Shown here in pieces: positions 9,258 through 17,637 of a DNA stretch of 64,000 nt. The DNA is from Verrucomicrobiota bacterium (lineage in GTDB: Bacteria > Verrucomicrobiota > Verrucomicrobiia > Chthoniobacterales > JAFAMB01). Numbering within the stretch: the stretch's first letter is position 1; every line of letters begins with the position of its first letter. The DNA lies in the NCBI GenBank assembly GCA_041167675.1, contig JBEEIB010000146.1:2935-66934 (forward strand). The letters run 5' to 3'. The notes below the pieces were generated by a model that saw nothing but the letters and a program-made list of their open reading frames with translations, ran no database searches and was not told the origin of the DNA. Both the position numbers and the translations under genes were made by a program.

Positions 9258-10733
9258 TCACCCCAGATACTCCTCCAACGTCGCCGGTGTTCCCTTGTCG
9301 TAGAAACTCGCCAGTGCTTCCTCAAGCTGCTTCACGAATCGTTGATTCCTAGCGAGCTCCTCGCTGAATAGCTGCCGCATCGCCAATAGTCGCCCAGGGT
9401 CTTTGCCGGCCGCGTTGGCCGCCTCCCGAAGTTGATCCAACATCGGATCATTCATCGGCATCGGTTTTCCGGCGTCGTCTTTTCCGGAGAGGTAGCGGAA
9501 CCAGCTCGCAACGGTTAGAGTGAGTAACTTGATCGGACCACCCCGTTGAAGTTGATCAATTATCGACGGCAAAACGAATTTCGGGATCCTAGCCGATCCT
9601 TCCGTGCCGAGACGGCCCAACTGGTCTCGGATTGCCGGATTGGCGAATCGTTCGATCAGCGTGTTTTTATACTCACCAAGATCGATTCCCGGGACTTCCG
9701 GCAATATCGGAGTCACTTCGATATCCATCATGTTGCGCATGAGCTTGGTGATTCGCTGATCAGCCATCGCTTCATGGGCGAACTCATAACCCTGCAGCAT
9801 GCCAACATAACAAATCGCTTGATGACTCGCGTTCAACAGGCGGAGTTTCATCTTTTCGTAGGGGAGAACGTCGGATGTGAACTGTGCGCCAACCCGCTCC
9901 CAAGATGGGCGTCCATGCACGAAATGATCCTCGATCACCCATTGGTGAAACGACTCGGTCATTACTGGCCATCCATCTTCAATTCCAAACTGTTCTCGGA
10001 CTAGTGCGCGATGGTCGTCAGTAGTAGCCGGAGTGATGCGGTCTACCATGCTATTCGGAAATGTCCCGTTCTGCTCGAGCCAATTTCTCAGCTTCGGATC
10101 ACGCAACTCGACGAAAGCGAGCAGCATCTTCTTCGCTATCTCCCCATTGCCCTGCAAGTTGTCACACGACATGATCGTAAACGGCACGAGTCCCCGATCC
10201 CGGCGTCGCTCAAGTGCTTCCGCGAGGTAACCGAAGGCGCATTTGGGTTGGTGCGGATCGGCCAGGTCACGCTGAATGTCAGGGTTTTCTGCATCAAATT
10301 CGCCTGTACCTTGATGCACATAATAGCCACCCTCCGTGATCGTGAGGGAGACAATCGCGGTATCCGGGGACGCCAGCTTTTCTAGAACCGCGTTTGGGTC
10401 GCTCGGCGCATGCAAAAAGTTTTGAATTGACCCAATGACCCGAGCTTTGTCGCCTGACGCGCTTCGTTCGACGACCGTATACAGGTAATCTTGCGAGCGA
10501 AGAACTTCGCCGATCCGCGAGTCGGCGGGAAGCAGTCCAATCCCGCACAGCCCCCACTCGGACGGCCCGTTCTGCTGGAATAAATCGTCATTATAAACGC
10601 CTTGATGGGCGCGATGAAATCCGCCGACTCCGATGTGCGCTATTCTTTGGCCAACCCGGCGACGGTCATAGGTCGGAACGCGAACGTTTGCTGGTAAAGA
10701 GCTAAGACTGGCATTGGAAAGTTTTATCGGCAT
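9258..10733 (-). CDS. Mannitol 2-dehydrogenase family (long-chain polyol dehydrogenase)
   Basis: A 491-aa ORF. IAHIGVGGFHRAHQGVY, SLTITEGGY, MSCDNLQGNG, NSMVDRITP and MKLRLLNASH match the MtlK/UxuB family layout. Confidence 0.9.
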   Translation of the reverse strand: MPIKLSNASLSSLPANVRVPTYDRRRVGQRIAHIGVGGFHRAHQGVYNDDLFQQNGPSEWGLCGIGLLPADSRIGEVLRSQDYLYTVVERSASGDKARVIGSIQNFLHAPSDPNAVLEKLASPDTAIVSLTITEGGYYVHQGTGEFDAENPDIQRDLADPHQPKCAFGYLAEALERRRDRGLVPFTIMSCDNLQGNGEIAKKMLLAFVELRDPKLRNWLEQNGTFPNSMVDRITPATTDDHRALVREQFGIEDGWPVMTESFHQWVIEDHFVHGRPSWERVGAQFTSDVLPYEKMKLRLLNASHQAICYVGMLQGYEFAHEAMADQRITKLMRNMMDIEVTPILPEVPGIDLGEYKNTLIERFANPAIRDQLGRLGTEGSARIPKFVLPSIIDQLQRGGPIKLLTLTVASWFRYLSGKDDAGKPMPMNDPMLDQLREAANAAGKDPGRLLAMRQLFSEELARNQRFVKQLEEALASFYDKGTPATLEEYLG

Positions 10734-10808
10734 AGGGAAATTGGGGGGTGTTACAGGTTACGGGTTAGCAATGTAGCGGCGTATCGCCAAACACGCGTGT
10801 CGGCATAA

Positions 10809-10898
10809 GCCGCCGAAGACGCGTTTCACGATAGCCTAGGGGGAAGCCCTAGGAAATCGAATTCCCCCAAATGGTCATGCACTGAAAGTGTGTTTCAG
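10809..10898 (+). repeat. Roughly 90-bp intergenic repeat (family GCCGAAGRCG..AGCCTAG..CCCTAGGA..GCACTGAARGTGYGTTTCA), copy 1
   Basis: It aligns by eye with 31686..31784 (+) and 31859..31947 (-). Confidence 0.6.
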
Positions 10899-11016
10899 CC
10901 GGACCGGATTGTGCACCGGATCGGAACATCTCGCCAGTTGATTGCTGTCGGGCGTTTTCAGCGCTAATCGCCTGTTTTCCGGAGTTTCAGGCGCCGGGGC
11001 GGAGCCGGATACTCTG

Positions 11017-12342
11017 TCAGGTCAAATACCCCAGCCACTCCTCCTGCGCGACTAACAGCTCGTCCACCATTTGATGAATTTGCGGGAGGGTACAAACCGC
11101 TGCGGTCAATGGATCGAGCGCAACGGCATGATAAATCGCGTCTTTATTCCGCTTAACCGCTGCCTCCACGATCATTTCCTGCACATTAATGTTTGTTCGA
11201 TTGAGCGCGGCGAGCTGCGGAGGGAGAGGGCCGAAACGCGTTGGCTGCACACCGTTTCGATCGACCAGACAGGGCACTTCCACACAGCAACCGCTTGGCA
11301 AGTTGTCAATGAGCTCGTGGTTTGGGACATTCCCATTGATCCGAATCGGTCGATTCGTCTCCATTGCCTCAATGATAGAGGAGCCGTATTCATGGGTCCG
11401 GTCCGTTCGGACGGGGTCCACCATGATCTGTTTGAACTCCTGACGAAAACTCTCGAGTCGTTCATAACTGTGCTGCAGGTACCCGCCCGTCCGGCCAAAT
11501 TGAAACCAATAATTCACCTTGTCGGTGAAACGAGGCACCAGGTCTTTTTCCACCATCTGAGCGTTTTTTCGAAAATAGGGCACGTACTCGCTGGCGTGGC
11601 CGCTCGATTCCGTTACGAAATAGCCAAAATGTTTCATCAAATCGATTCGTACCGGCTCTTGGCCATAGACTTCTTCTCGATCGATGATCTCGCGCAGACG
11701 AGGATAAAGATCTTCGGCGCCGCGACGAAATTCCAGGAAGAAAGCCTGATGGTTAATACCTCCGCAGCGGAAATTCACCTGCTCGTACGGCACCTCTAAC
11801 CACTTGGCTAGCATCTCGCTGGTGCCCTGGACGCTATGGCATAGGCCGACATGCGGGCGACCAATTGCTGCCTCAACTGCCCAACAGTTCGCGGCCATCG
11901 GGTTCACATAGTTCAGCAAGAGCGCGTTTGGCGCGTGCTGGTCTAACTCGTGGCAGAGATCGATTAGCACGGGAATGGTGCGTAATGCTCGGAAGACGCC
12001 ACCTGGTCCGAGCGTGTCCCCTACACATTGTTCGACCCCATATTTCTTGGGAATTTCGATGTCTTGGGCATACGCGGCCAATCCTCCTTGCTGAAAGGTA
12101 GTGATGACATAATCGGCGTTGCCAACCGATTCGGCCCGATCCGTTGATGCAGTAATCCGGGCGGTTAGCTTGCGTTCGTCGGCTATTTTTTGCACGATCC
12201 GCCGAGACTCTTCCAATCGCTGTGGATCGATATCCATCAGTGAGATCTCACTGTCCTGCAGGCAAGGAGCCAGTAAAATGTCGCTGCACAAATTGCGGGT
12301 AAAGACGAGGCTGCCCGCACCAATCAAAGCTATCTTAGGCAT
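11017..12342 (-). CDS. Glycoside hydrolase family 4 (NAD/Mn-dependent alpha-galactosidase/alpha-glucosidase)
   Basis: A 441-aa ORF with N-terminal Rossmann motif MPKIALIGAGSLVFTRNL and the GH4 core motifs NYVNPMA and GLCHSVQGT. Confidence 0.9.
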   Translation of the reverse strand: MPKIALIGAGSLVFTRNLCSDILLAPCLQDSEISLMDIDPQRLEESRRIVQKIADERKLTARITASTDRAESVGNADYVITTFQQGGLAAYAQDIEIPKKYGVEQCVGDTLGPGGVFRALRTIPVLIDLCHELDQHAPNALLLNYVNPMAANCWAVEAAIGRPHVGLCHSVQGTSEMLAKWLEVPYEQVNFRCGGINHQAFFLEFRRGAEDLYPRLREIIDREEVYGQEPVRIDLMKHFGYFVTESSGHASEYVPYFRKNAQMVEKDLVPRFTDKVNYWFQFGRTGGYLQHSYERLESFRQEFKQIMVDPVRTDRTHEYGSSIIEAMETNRPIRINGNVPNHELIDNLPSGCCVEVPCLVDRNGVQPTRFGPLPPQLAALNRTNINVQEMIVEAAVKRNKDAIYHAVALDPLTAAVCTLPQIHQMVDELLVAQEEWLGYLT

Positions 12343-12379
12343 AATAGTCGTTTCGAGAAATAATGGTTCATATTTGGAG

Positions 12380-13210
12380 TTAATTTTTTACTGCTCCGGC
12401 GGTAAGTCCGGCCACTAATCGTCGCTGAACGAGGCTAAAAAACAGAATGGTGGGCAGAATCGCCACAACCGTTCCGGCCGTGATCATCCCCCACTTCACC
12501 TGCAGACTGTTCATGAAAGACTGGAGGGCGATCGGAAGAGTCTGCGTGCTCTCGCTTTGCGACAAGATGGATACAAAGAGGTAATCCCCCCACGAGACGA
12601 CGAAGGCAAAAAAACCAGCCACCACTAGTCCCGGCAACGCAGTGGGATAAATGATACGGAACAAAACGCCGAGCCGGCTACATCCGTCAATCAATGCTGC
12701 TTGATCCAATTCTCTGGGAATTGCGTTGAAGTACCCAGTCAGCATCCAAATGGCGAATGGCAGAGTGATGGAAGTGTGAGTTAAGATGAGCCCGATATGA
12801 GTATCGACCAGCCCCAGATTGGACATCAGCACATAGAACGGGATCAAAATCAGAACGTAGGGAAAGAATTGCGGGAGTAGGGTTGACATCATCAACAGAT
12901 TCTTCCCACGAAGTGTAAACCGGCTCAGGGCGTAGGCGCCGAGACTGCCAAACATCACGACGAGAAGCATCACCGAGGTCGCTATTACCACCGAATTAAC
13001 CAAAAAGGTGAAGACATTATTGATCGCGAAGACCTCGACATAGTTGGTGAGGGTTAATTCGGATAGAGCTGGAACGAGTTTGCCCGTTTGAATCGAATCG
13101 TTGCTCCGAAAACTCGAGACAATTAGCCAACCAATGGGCAGAAGGAGAATCGCAAAGGTGATGAGCAATCCCGTGTAGGTGAGCAACAGTTCGAGCGAAC
13201 GGCGTTTCAT
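12380..13210 (-). CDS. Carbohydrate ABC transporter permease (MalG/AraQ-like)
   Basis: The start is the ATG at 13210 (MKRRSLELLLTYTG...), which overlaps the upstream gene stop by 4 nt. It has six TM segments and the EAA-type loop IPRELDQAALIDGCSRLGVLFRIIYP. The 403-aa ORF-track version is an artefactual N-terminal extension. Confidence 0.9.
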   Translation of the reverse strand: MKRRSLELLLTYTGLLITFAILLLPIGWLIVSSFRSNDSIQTGKLVPALSELTLTNYVEVFAINNVFTFLVNSVVIATSVMLLVVMFGSLGAYALSRFTLRGKNLLMMSTLLPQFFPYVLILIPFYVLMSNLGLVDTHIGLILTHTSITLPFAIWMLTGYFNAIPRELDQAALIDGCSRLGVLFRIIYPTALPGLVVAGFFAFVVSWGDYLFVSILSQSESTQTLPIALQSFMNSLQVKWGMITAGTVVAILPTILFFSLVQRRLVAGLTAGAVKN

Positions 13211-14154
13211 TTCTCCGCGAAACCTCCGATTAATTTTCGCGACAAAATGACCAGAAGCACGAGTATCACGAGCATGATGACGCCGCCAGCGCTGGCGTAT
13301 CCCAGCATATAACCACTCCAAGCCTGCTTGTAGATGTAGGTGGCCAGCACTTCGGTAGCGTCCACCGGTCCGCCGCCGGTCGATAGATAGACGAAATCGA
13401 AATTGTTCAAAGTGAAAGTGACGTGGAGCACGACCATCACCAGTATGATGTAGCGTAGATTCGGTAACGTGATATGCCAGAATCTCTTCCAGGAGGACGC
13501 TCCATCGATGGTCGCGGCTTCGTAGAGGTCTTGCGGGATCGCCTGCATCGCAGCCATAAAAGCGATGCCGTAAAATGGAACATTGCGCCACAGATGCATC
13601 ACTAGGATCAGCAGGAATGCGAAAGCGGGGTCACCAAACCAGTTGCGGGCAAGCGATCCGAGCCCAAGCGTTGCAAGTATAATGTTAATGAGCCCAATGT
13701 TTGGCAATGTGAGAAAGCGGAATATGACCACCGCGGTAATAATCGGCAGGACCCAAGTCACCATGGCAATGCTGCGAAACCAGTGAATGCCGGGAACCTT
13801 GCGGACCAACAGATGCGCCATCCCTAGCCCGAGAATGACCTGCAAAGTGACCGCAGAAAAGGTCAGAACCAGCGAATGGATAAACGAAACGCGGAAGACT
13901 GGATCGTTGAGAAGTCGCTGATAGTTTTGCCATCCGATGGCGCGCCACGTGTTAGGATTAAGCAACGATTGGTCGGTGAAAGAGGTAAAGATACCGTTAA
14001 GGGTAGGATACAGATTTAATCCGAGGATCACGCAAATTGCCGGTGCCAGCAGGGCATATCCGAATGCGGCATGACGAATTTCAGCCGATCGCAAACGAGG
14101 AACTTTAGGTGATCTAACGCTTGGCCGCTGACCGGAGTGAACTATCTGAAACAT
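13207..14154 (-). CDS. Carbohydrate ABC transporter permease (MalF/AraP-like)
   Basis: A polytopic membrane ORF with the loop IPQDLYEAATIDGASSWKRFWHITLP. Confidence 0.85.
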   Translation of the reverse strand: MFQIVHSGQRPSVRSPKVPRLRSAEIRHAAFGYALLAPAICVILGLNLYPTLNGIFTSFTDQSLLNPNTWRAIGWQNYQRLLNDPVFRVSFIHSLVLTFSAVTLQVILGLGMAHLLVRKVPGIHWFRSIAMVTWVLPIITAVVIFRFLTLPNIGLINIILATLGLGSLARNWFGDPAFAFLLILVMHLWRNVPFYGIAFMAAMQAIPQDLYEAATIDGASSWKRFWHITLPNLRYIILVMVVLHVTFTLNNFDFVYLSTGGGPVDATEVLATYIYKQAWSGYMLGYASAGGVIMLVILVLLVILSRKLIGGFAEK

Positions 14155-14156
14155 AG

Positions 14157-14218
14157 AGTAGACGCACCTTCCAGGTGCGGAACATCACACCTGTCGCAGC
14201 TGGAAGCTGCGGCTACTT
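14157..14218 (+). repeat. Two-hairpin 62-bp element, copy 1
   Basis: AGTAGACGCACCTTCCAGGTGCGGAACATC...TCGCAGCTGGAAGCTGCGGCTACTT contains the stems CGCACCT/AGGTGCG and CGCAGC/GCTGCG. A second copy lies at 56873..56935. Confidence 0.6.
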
Positions 14219-14262
14219 TGCCGCTTCCCCCTATAGTTCCCCCGATTATGCGAGAGTGTCTC

Positions 14263-15569
14263 CTACAATTGATCGTTCTGCGCGCGTTCCTGCAGGGTTT
14301 TATACAATTCCTGGCCAGTTTTATCGGCTGCATTGTTTTGATAAATCACTTTCTGTAGCGCTTCCGTGATATCATTTACCACTAGCCCCCAGTTGATCGG
14401 AGCAAGCGCTACCCCGGTTGAGATTTGCTGAGTAAACGCTTGTTGCCACCAGTCGCTTTTGAAATCCGGTAGATCGGCGACGTCTTGGCGCGGAGGGTTA
14501 ATTCCTTCGAGCTTGGCGTCCATGGCAACAAAGTCCTTGCTACAAAGAAGTTTGATTAGCTCCCAGCCATCCGATTTATCCTTAGTCGCCGCATTGATCA
14601 TGATCGGCTTAACCTCCAGATAGGTGGCCTGGGTGCCGCCGGGTGGGAGCGGGAGAGCAACAACCCCGGTATTTTCTTCTAGAATTTTGCGCGCGGTATC
14701 GCCGGTCTTGCGATAGCTGTAGATCCAAGGGCCCATCGGAACCATCGCGCTTTTGCCAGCAACGTAATCGGCGTCAGTAGCCTGATAGTCGTTACCACGC
14801 GTATTCTGATTGGCGGCGGACGGATTAGCTTTGAAGAACGCGTCGTGGTAGAGAGCTAAGACCTGAGCTAGTTTTTCCGGAGTAGTATTAATCGACCATT
14901 TCTGGGTGGCCTCATCATACTTAAACGGATTTTGGCCCCGTTTACCTGGAAGAAAAACGAAATGAATTCCTGGAATGTCCGAACGCTGCCTGCCTTGGTG
15001 GTTAGCCCGAGTCCGGCAACCCCCGTTTCTTTCGTCGAGATCATAGCGGCGTCATCCAGCATTTCTTCCCAGGTCTTGGGAGGCTGCAAATTATACTTCT
15101 GCAGAATGTCCTTTCGGTAGAGTAAGACCCGAACATTGGTGTTGTAGGGCACTCCATAAAGCTTCCCATTAATGGTGAGTGCTTTGATCGTGCTGGGGAT
15201 AAACTTATCCTTGTCCGGCCACTGGCTAAATAAGTCATCGATTGGAGCAATCAGGCCGGCCTTTTGGTAGGCAATCATGCCTTCAAGCACGCCTTCGATC
15301 ACATCCGGTTTGCCGCGGCGACCCTGCACGATGAACTTCTGCTGAGCGTCCTGGTAAATGGGAGGCCCGTAGTTACCCGGTACAGTGACACCTTTGGGCA
15401 GATCTTTGGGAAAATGTTCTTTGATCCAAGCCAAAAGACCAGGTGTTTGCGGCCCTTCTTGCGACATCGGGACAAACCAAAGGTCAATTTCTTTGCTGAA
15501 AACCAGGCCGGTCGACAAAAAAAGGCTGGCAGCTACCAATAGGATGCGATGGGGGGGACGGATAAACAT
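14263..15569 (-). pseudogene. Sugar ABC transporter substrate-binding protein with a single frameshift
   Basis: ORFs 14868..15569 (signal peptide and N-lobe) and 14263..14745 (C-lobe) are parts of one gene. The frame of the C-terminal ORF reads back through GQNPFKYDEATQKWSINTTPEKLAQVLALYHDAFFKANP... up to a C4/G4 run at 14936-14939, where the frames switch. Confidence 0.85.
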
Positions 15570-15640
15570 AGAGGGAAAACGTTTGAGGTGGAGCGTTAGG
15601 GTAGGGACGCAATAAATCTTGCTGGATCAAGGGCGGTCGC

Positions 15641-15668
15641 AATAGTCATAACTTTCCAATAATAGTCA
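15641..15668. promoter_or_regulatory. Candidate AraC-type operator: direct repeat AATAGTCA with 20-bp spacing in the divergent promoter region
   Basis: AATAGTCA occurs at 15641-15648 and 15661-15668, between the binding-protein gene start (15569, -) and the AraC-family gene start (15673/15703, +). Confidence 0.3.
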
Positions 15669-15672
15669 ATTT

Positions 15673-16635
15673 GTGACAAACCAATCAGACTGTTCTGTAA
15701 CCATGGATGCAGATCGCGAGTGTCAAATTTTGTATCGCACTTTGTGTTCGCTGCGCTGCCGCCCCGAAGGGCTAATGCCCTATCCGGCTCATGTAATCAG
15801 CGGCCTGGAAACCCAAACCGATCCGAGCGTCTACGCCTGGCACGGTCGTAAACGTCTCGGTGATGAAAAGAAACCATTTATGGTTTGGCAATATACGCTC
15901 GCCGGCTTTGGTACCTTTCGGTCCGGCACAACCGGCGAGCGAATCGAGATGTCGCCGGGCTATGCTTTCACGACGCTCGTTCCAAGCGACGACTTCTATT
16001 ATTTACCGCCGGAATCTGAAAGTTGGACCTTTTTTTGGCTGATTATCGATCATCCTTATGTTGTCCGACGGGTCAGAGACCGGATTCGGCTGACCGGTCC
16101 CACTTGGCGGGTGGCGTCGCGCAGTCCCCTGATCGAACGTGCGCTTAACCTGTTTGATCTGGTTCGCGCAGCATCGTTACCCGATGAATTTGCCGAAGAA
16201 GCGGATCTTTTCGCCTTTCTCACCGAATTTGAACGCCTGGGACATCAAATCCTTTACCCGCCGCTGCCGCGGGAGCGGATTTTGGCCGAAGTCCGCAAGG
16301 AAATCATCAGCCGCCTTCCGACCGGCTTGCCAAGCGTCGCCGAGTTGGCCGACGAGCGTGGCATGAGCCGAACCGGCTTCACTCACTATTTTCGGAGAAC
16401 AACCGGCTTGAGTCCGGCTCGTTTCATCAATCAAGTTCGCTTGGCAGAGGTAGCCAAGTTATTGGTCTCTTCTTCTCTCAAGTTGTCCGCGATTGCCGAA
16501 GTTACCGGATTTGCCGATGCCACTCATCTTGGGAAAGTGTTCCGTCGGCACTATTACCTCACTCCGGACAAATATCGTCATGTGATGGGTAGCGAACTGC
16601 CCGATCAGTTAAAGGGCAGCTCGTCACCAAATTGA
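15673..16635 (+). CDS. AraC-family transcriptional regulator
   Basis: The C-terminal double HTH reads SVAELADERGMSRTGFTHYFRRTTGLSPARFINQVRLAEVAKLL...IAEVTGFADATHLGKVFRRHY. The start may instead be the ATG at 15703. Confidence 0.85.
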   Translation: MTNQSDCSVTMDADRECQILYRTLCSLRCRPEGLMPYPAHVISGLETQTDPSVYAWHGRKRLGDEKKPFMVWQYTLAGFGTFRSGTTGERIEMSPGYAFTTLVPSDDFYYLPPESESWTFFWLIIDHPYVVRRVRDRIRLTGPTWRVASRSPLIERALNLFDLVRAASLPDEFAEEADLFAFLTEFERLGHQILYPPLPRERILAEVRKEIISRLPTGLPSVAELADERGMSRTGFTHYFRRTTGLSPARFINQVRLAEVAKLLVSSSLKLSAIAEVTGFADATHLGKVFRRHYYLTPDKYRHVMGSELPDQLKGSSSPN

Positions 16636-16689
16636 ACTTTTCGCCGGCCAAACCAACGATCGCCACATCAAAATGCGGAAATCAGTGTG

Positions 16690-16884
16690 AAGGTACCCAG
16701 AGGCATATTGGAAGCCGCTCGCATCGACGGAGCCGATGTGTGGAAAGAGCTTTGGTATTTGTTACGGCCAATGACAATGCCGGGGCTGGTCTCAACCGCT
16801 CTGCTCCTCATCATCTTTTCTTGGAACGAGGCGTTCTGGAGTATCAATCTCTCGAACGCCAATGCGCAGCCGTTGACCATGTGA
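16690..16884 (+). pseudogene. Remnant (about 65 aa) of a MalG-like ABC permease
   Basis: VPRGILEAARIDGADVWKELWYLLRPMTMPGLVSTALLLIIFSWNEAFW is the EAA loop and following helix of a sugar permease. No N-terminal 200 aa precede it, and it abuts the AraC stop codon. Confidence 0.7.
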
Positions 16885-16897
16885 TTTTGGTGGCGGT

Positions 16898-17045
16898 AGG
16901 TAGGGCGCGTCTCTCCGAGACCGCAGGACCGAGGACGTAGCTATACCCTGTTCCGCCGAGAACCGTTGCGAGAGCCAAGAGCATTGGGCCTAACGGGGCG
17001 ATGGATTGCCGGTGATCCTGCGGTCTCGGAGAGACGCGCCCTACC
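16898..17045. repeat. MITE-like palindromic element with perfect 31-bp terminal inverted repeats
   Basis: AGGTAGGGCGCGTCTCTCCGAGACCGCAGGA at 16898-16928 is the exact reverse complement of 17015-17045. The spacer is 86 bp, and each arm holds a small GTCTC-TCC-GAGAC hairpin. Confidence 0.85.
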
Positions 17046-17115
17046 TGCGCACTCGACCGACCGCCACCAATGTTGACGCGCATTCTGGCAGCCGCCTGGC
17101 TTTCGCCGACCGAGC

Positions 17116-17394
17116 CTAATAATAATGCCAATGACCGTAGCGATAATAGCGGTACCGATACCTACCGCCGCGATAATGGTAATAGCCGTGGTACCGATAT
17201 GGATAGCCGTAGTAGGGGCGTCCACCAATGTTGACGCGCACATACGTAGCGGCCTGCAGATCGGTGCTCCCTAAAAATCCGGCAACGAACAGCGCAACGG
17301 CAACGATGGGAGCGAAAGTTTTGGCCCGGCGGCGGAAAGAGACTGCCAAGGACCGCTCTGGCGGGGGTAACATGCGGACTTGATTATCGTTCAT
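17116..17394 (-). CDS. Small secreted Tyr/Arg/Gly/His-rich protein
   Basis: A start at 17394 (MNDNQ..) or 17373 (MLPPP..) is followed by signal peptide RRRAKTFAPIVAVALFVAGFLGSTDLQAA. The mature sequence is TYVRVNIGGRPYYGYPYRYHGYYHYRGGRYRYRYYRYGHWHYY. The 153-aa ORF-track version is probably over-extended. Confidence 0.5.
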   Translation of the reverse strand: MNDNQVRMLPPPERSLAVSFRRRAKTFAPIVAVALFVAGFLGSTDLQAATYVRVNIGGRPYYGYPYRYHGYYHYRGGRYRYRYYRYGHWHYY

Positions 17395-17637
17395 CTGTTT
17401 CAACGGGAGAGATTCGGTCCGCCCACCTGGATAGCAAAAGAAATGCCGGCCGACAAGAAGATCGGGAGCTGCGGAAAGCGGACGGTGTTCGGCCACTCGC
17501 TTTAGATAGGATCTCATTCCGGCCTTCGGTACGATGCTGGAACATCTGAACTTCTTGTCCTGCAATTCTAAAGCCACATTTCTAAAGAACCGAGAGGAGC
17601 GTCCGTATAGAGAAAGCAGATCTCTGATACGCCAAAC

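Noticed and set aside
11071-11799. 242-aa ORF antisense to the GH4 gene
   Set aside because: It is a shadow ORF of a high-confidence gene, with no motifs and atypical composition.
12380-13591. 403-aa version of the second permease
   Set aside because: The first 126 aa are Arg/His-rich nonsense that overlaps the upstream permease. The ATG at 13210 with the ATGA overlap gives a normal 276-aa MalG-like protein.
16844-17131. 95-aa ORF on the - strand
   Set aside because: It reads straight through the 148-bp palindromic element. Only its first 25 or so residues resemble anything, namely the duplicated fragment of the Tyr-rich protein.
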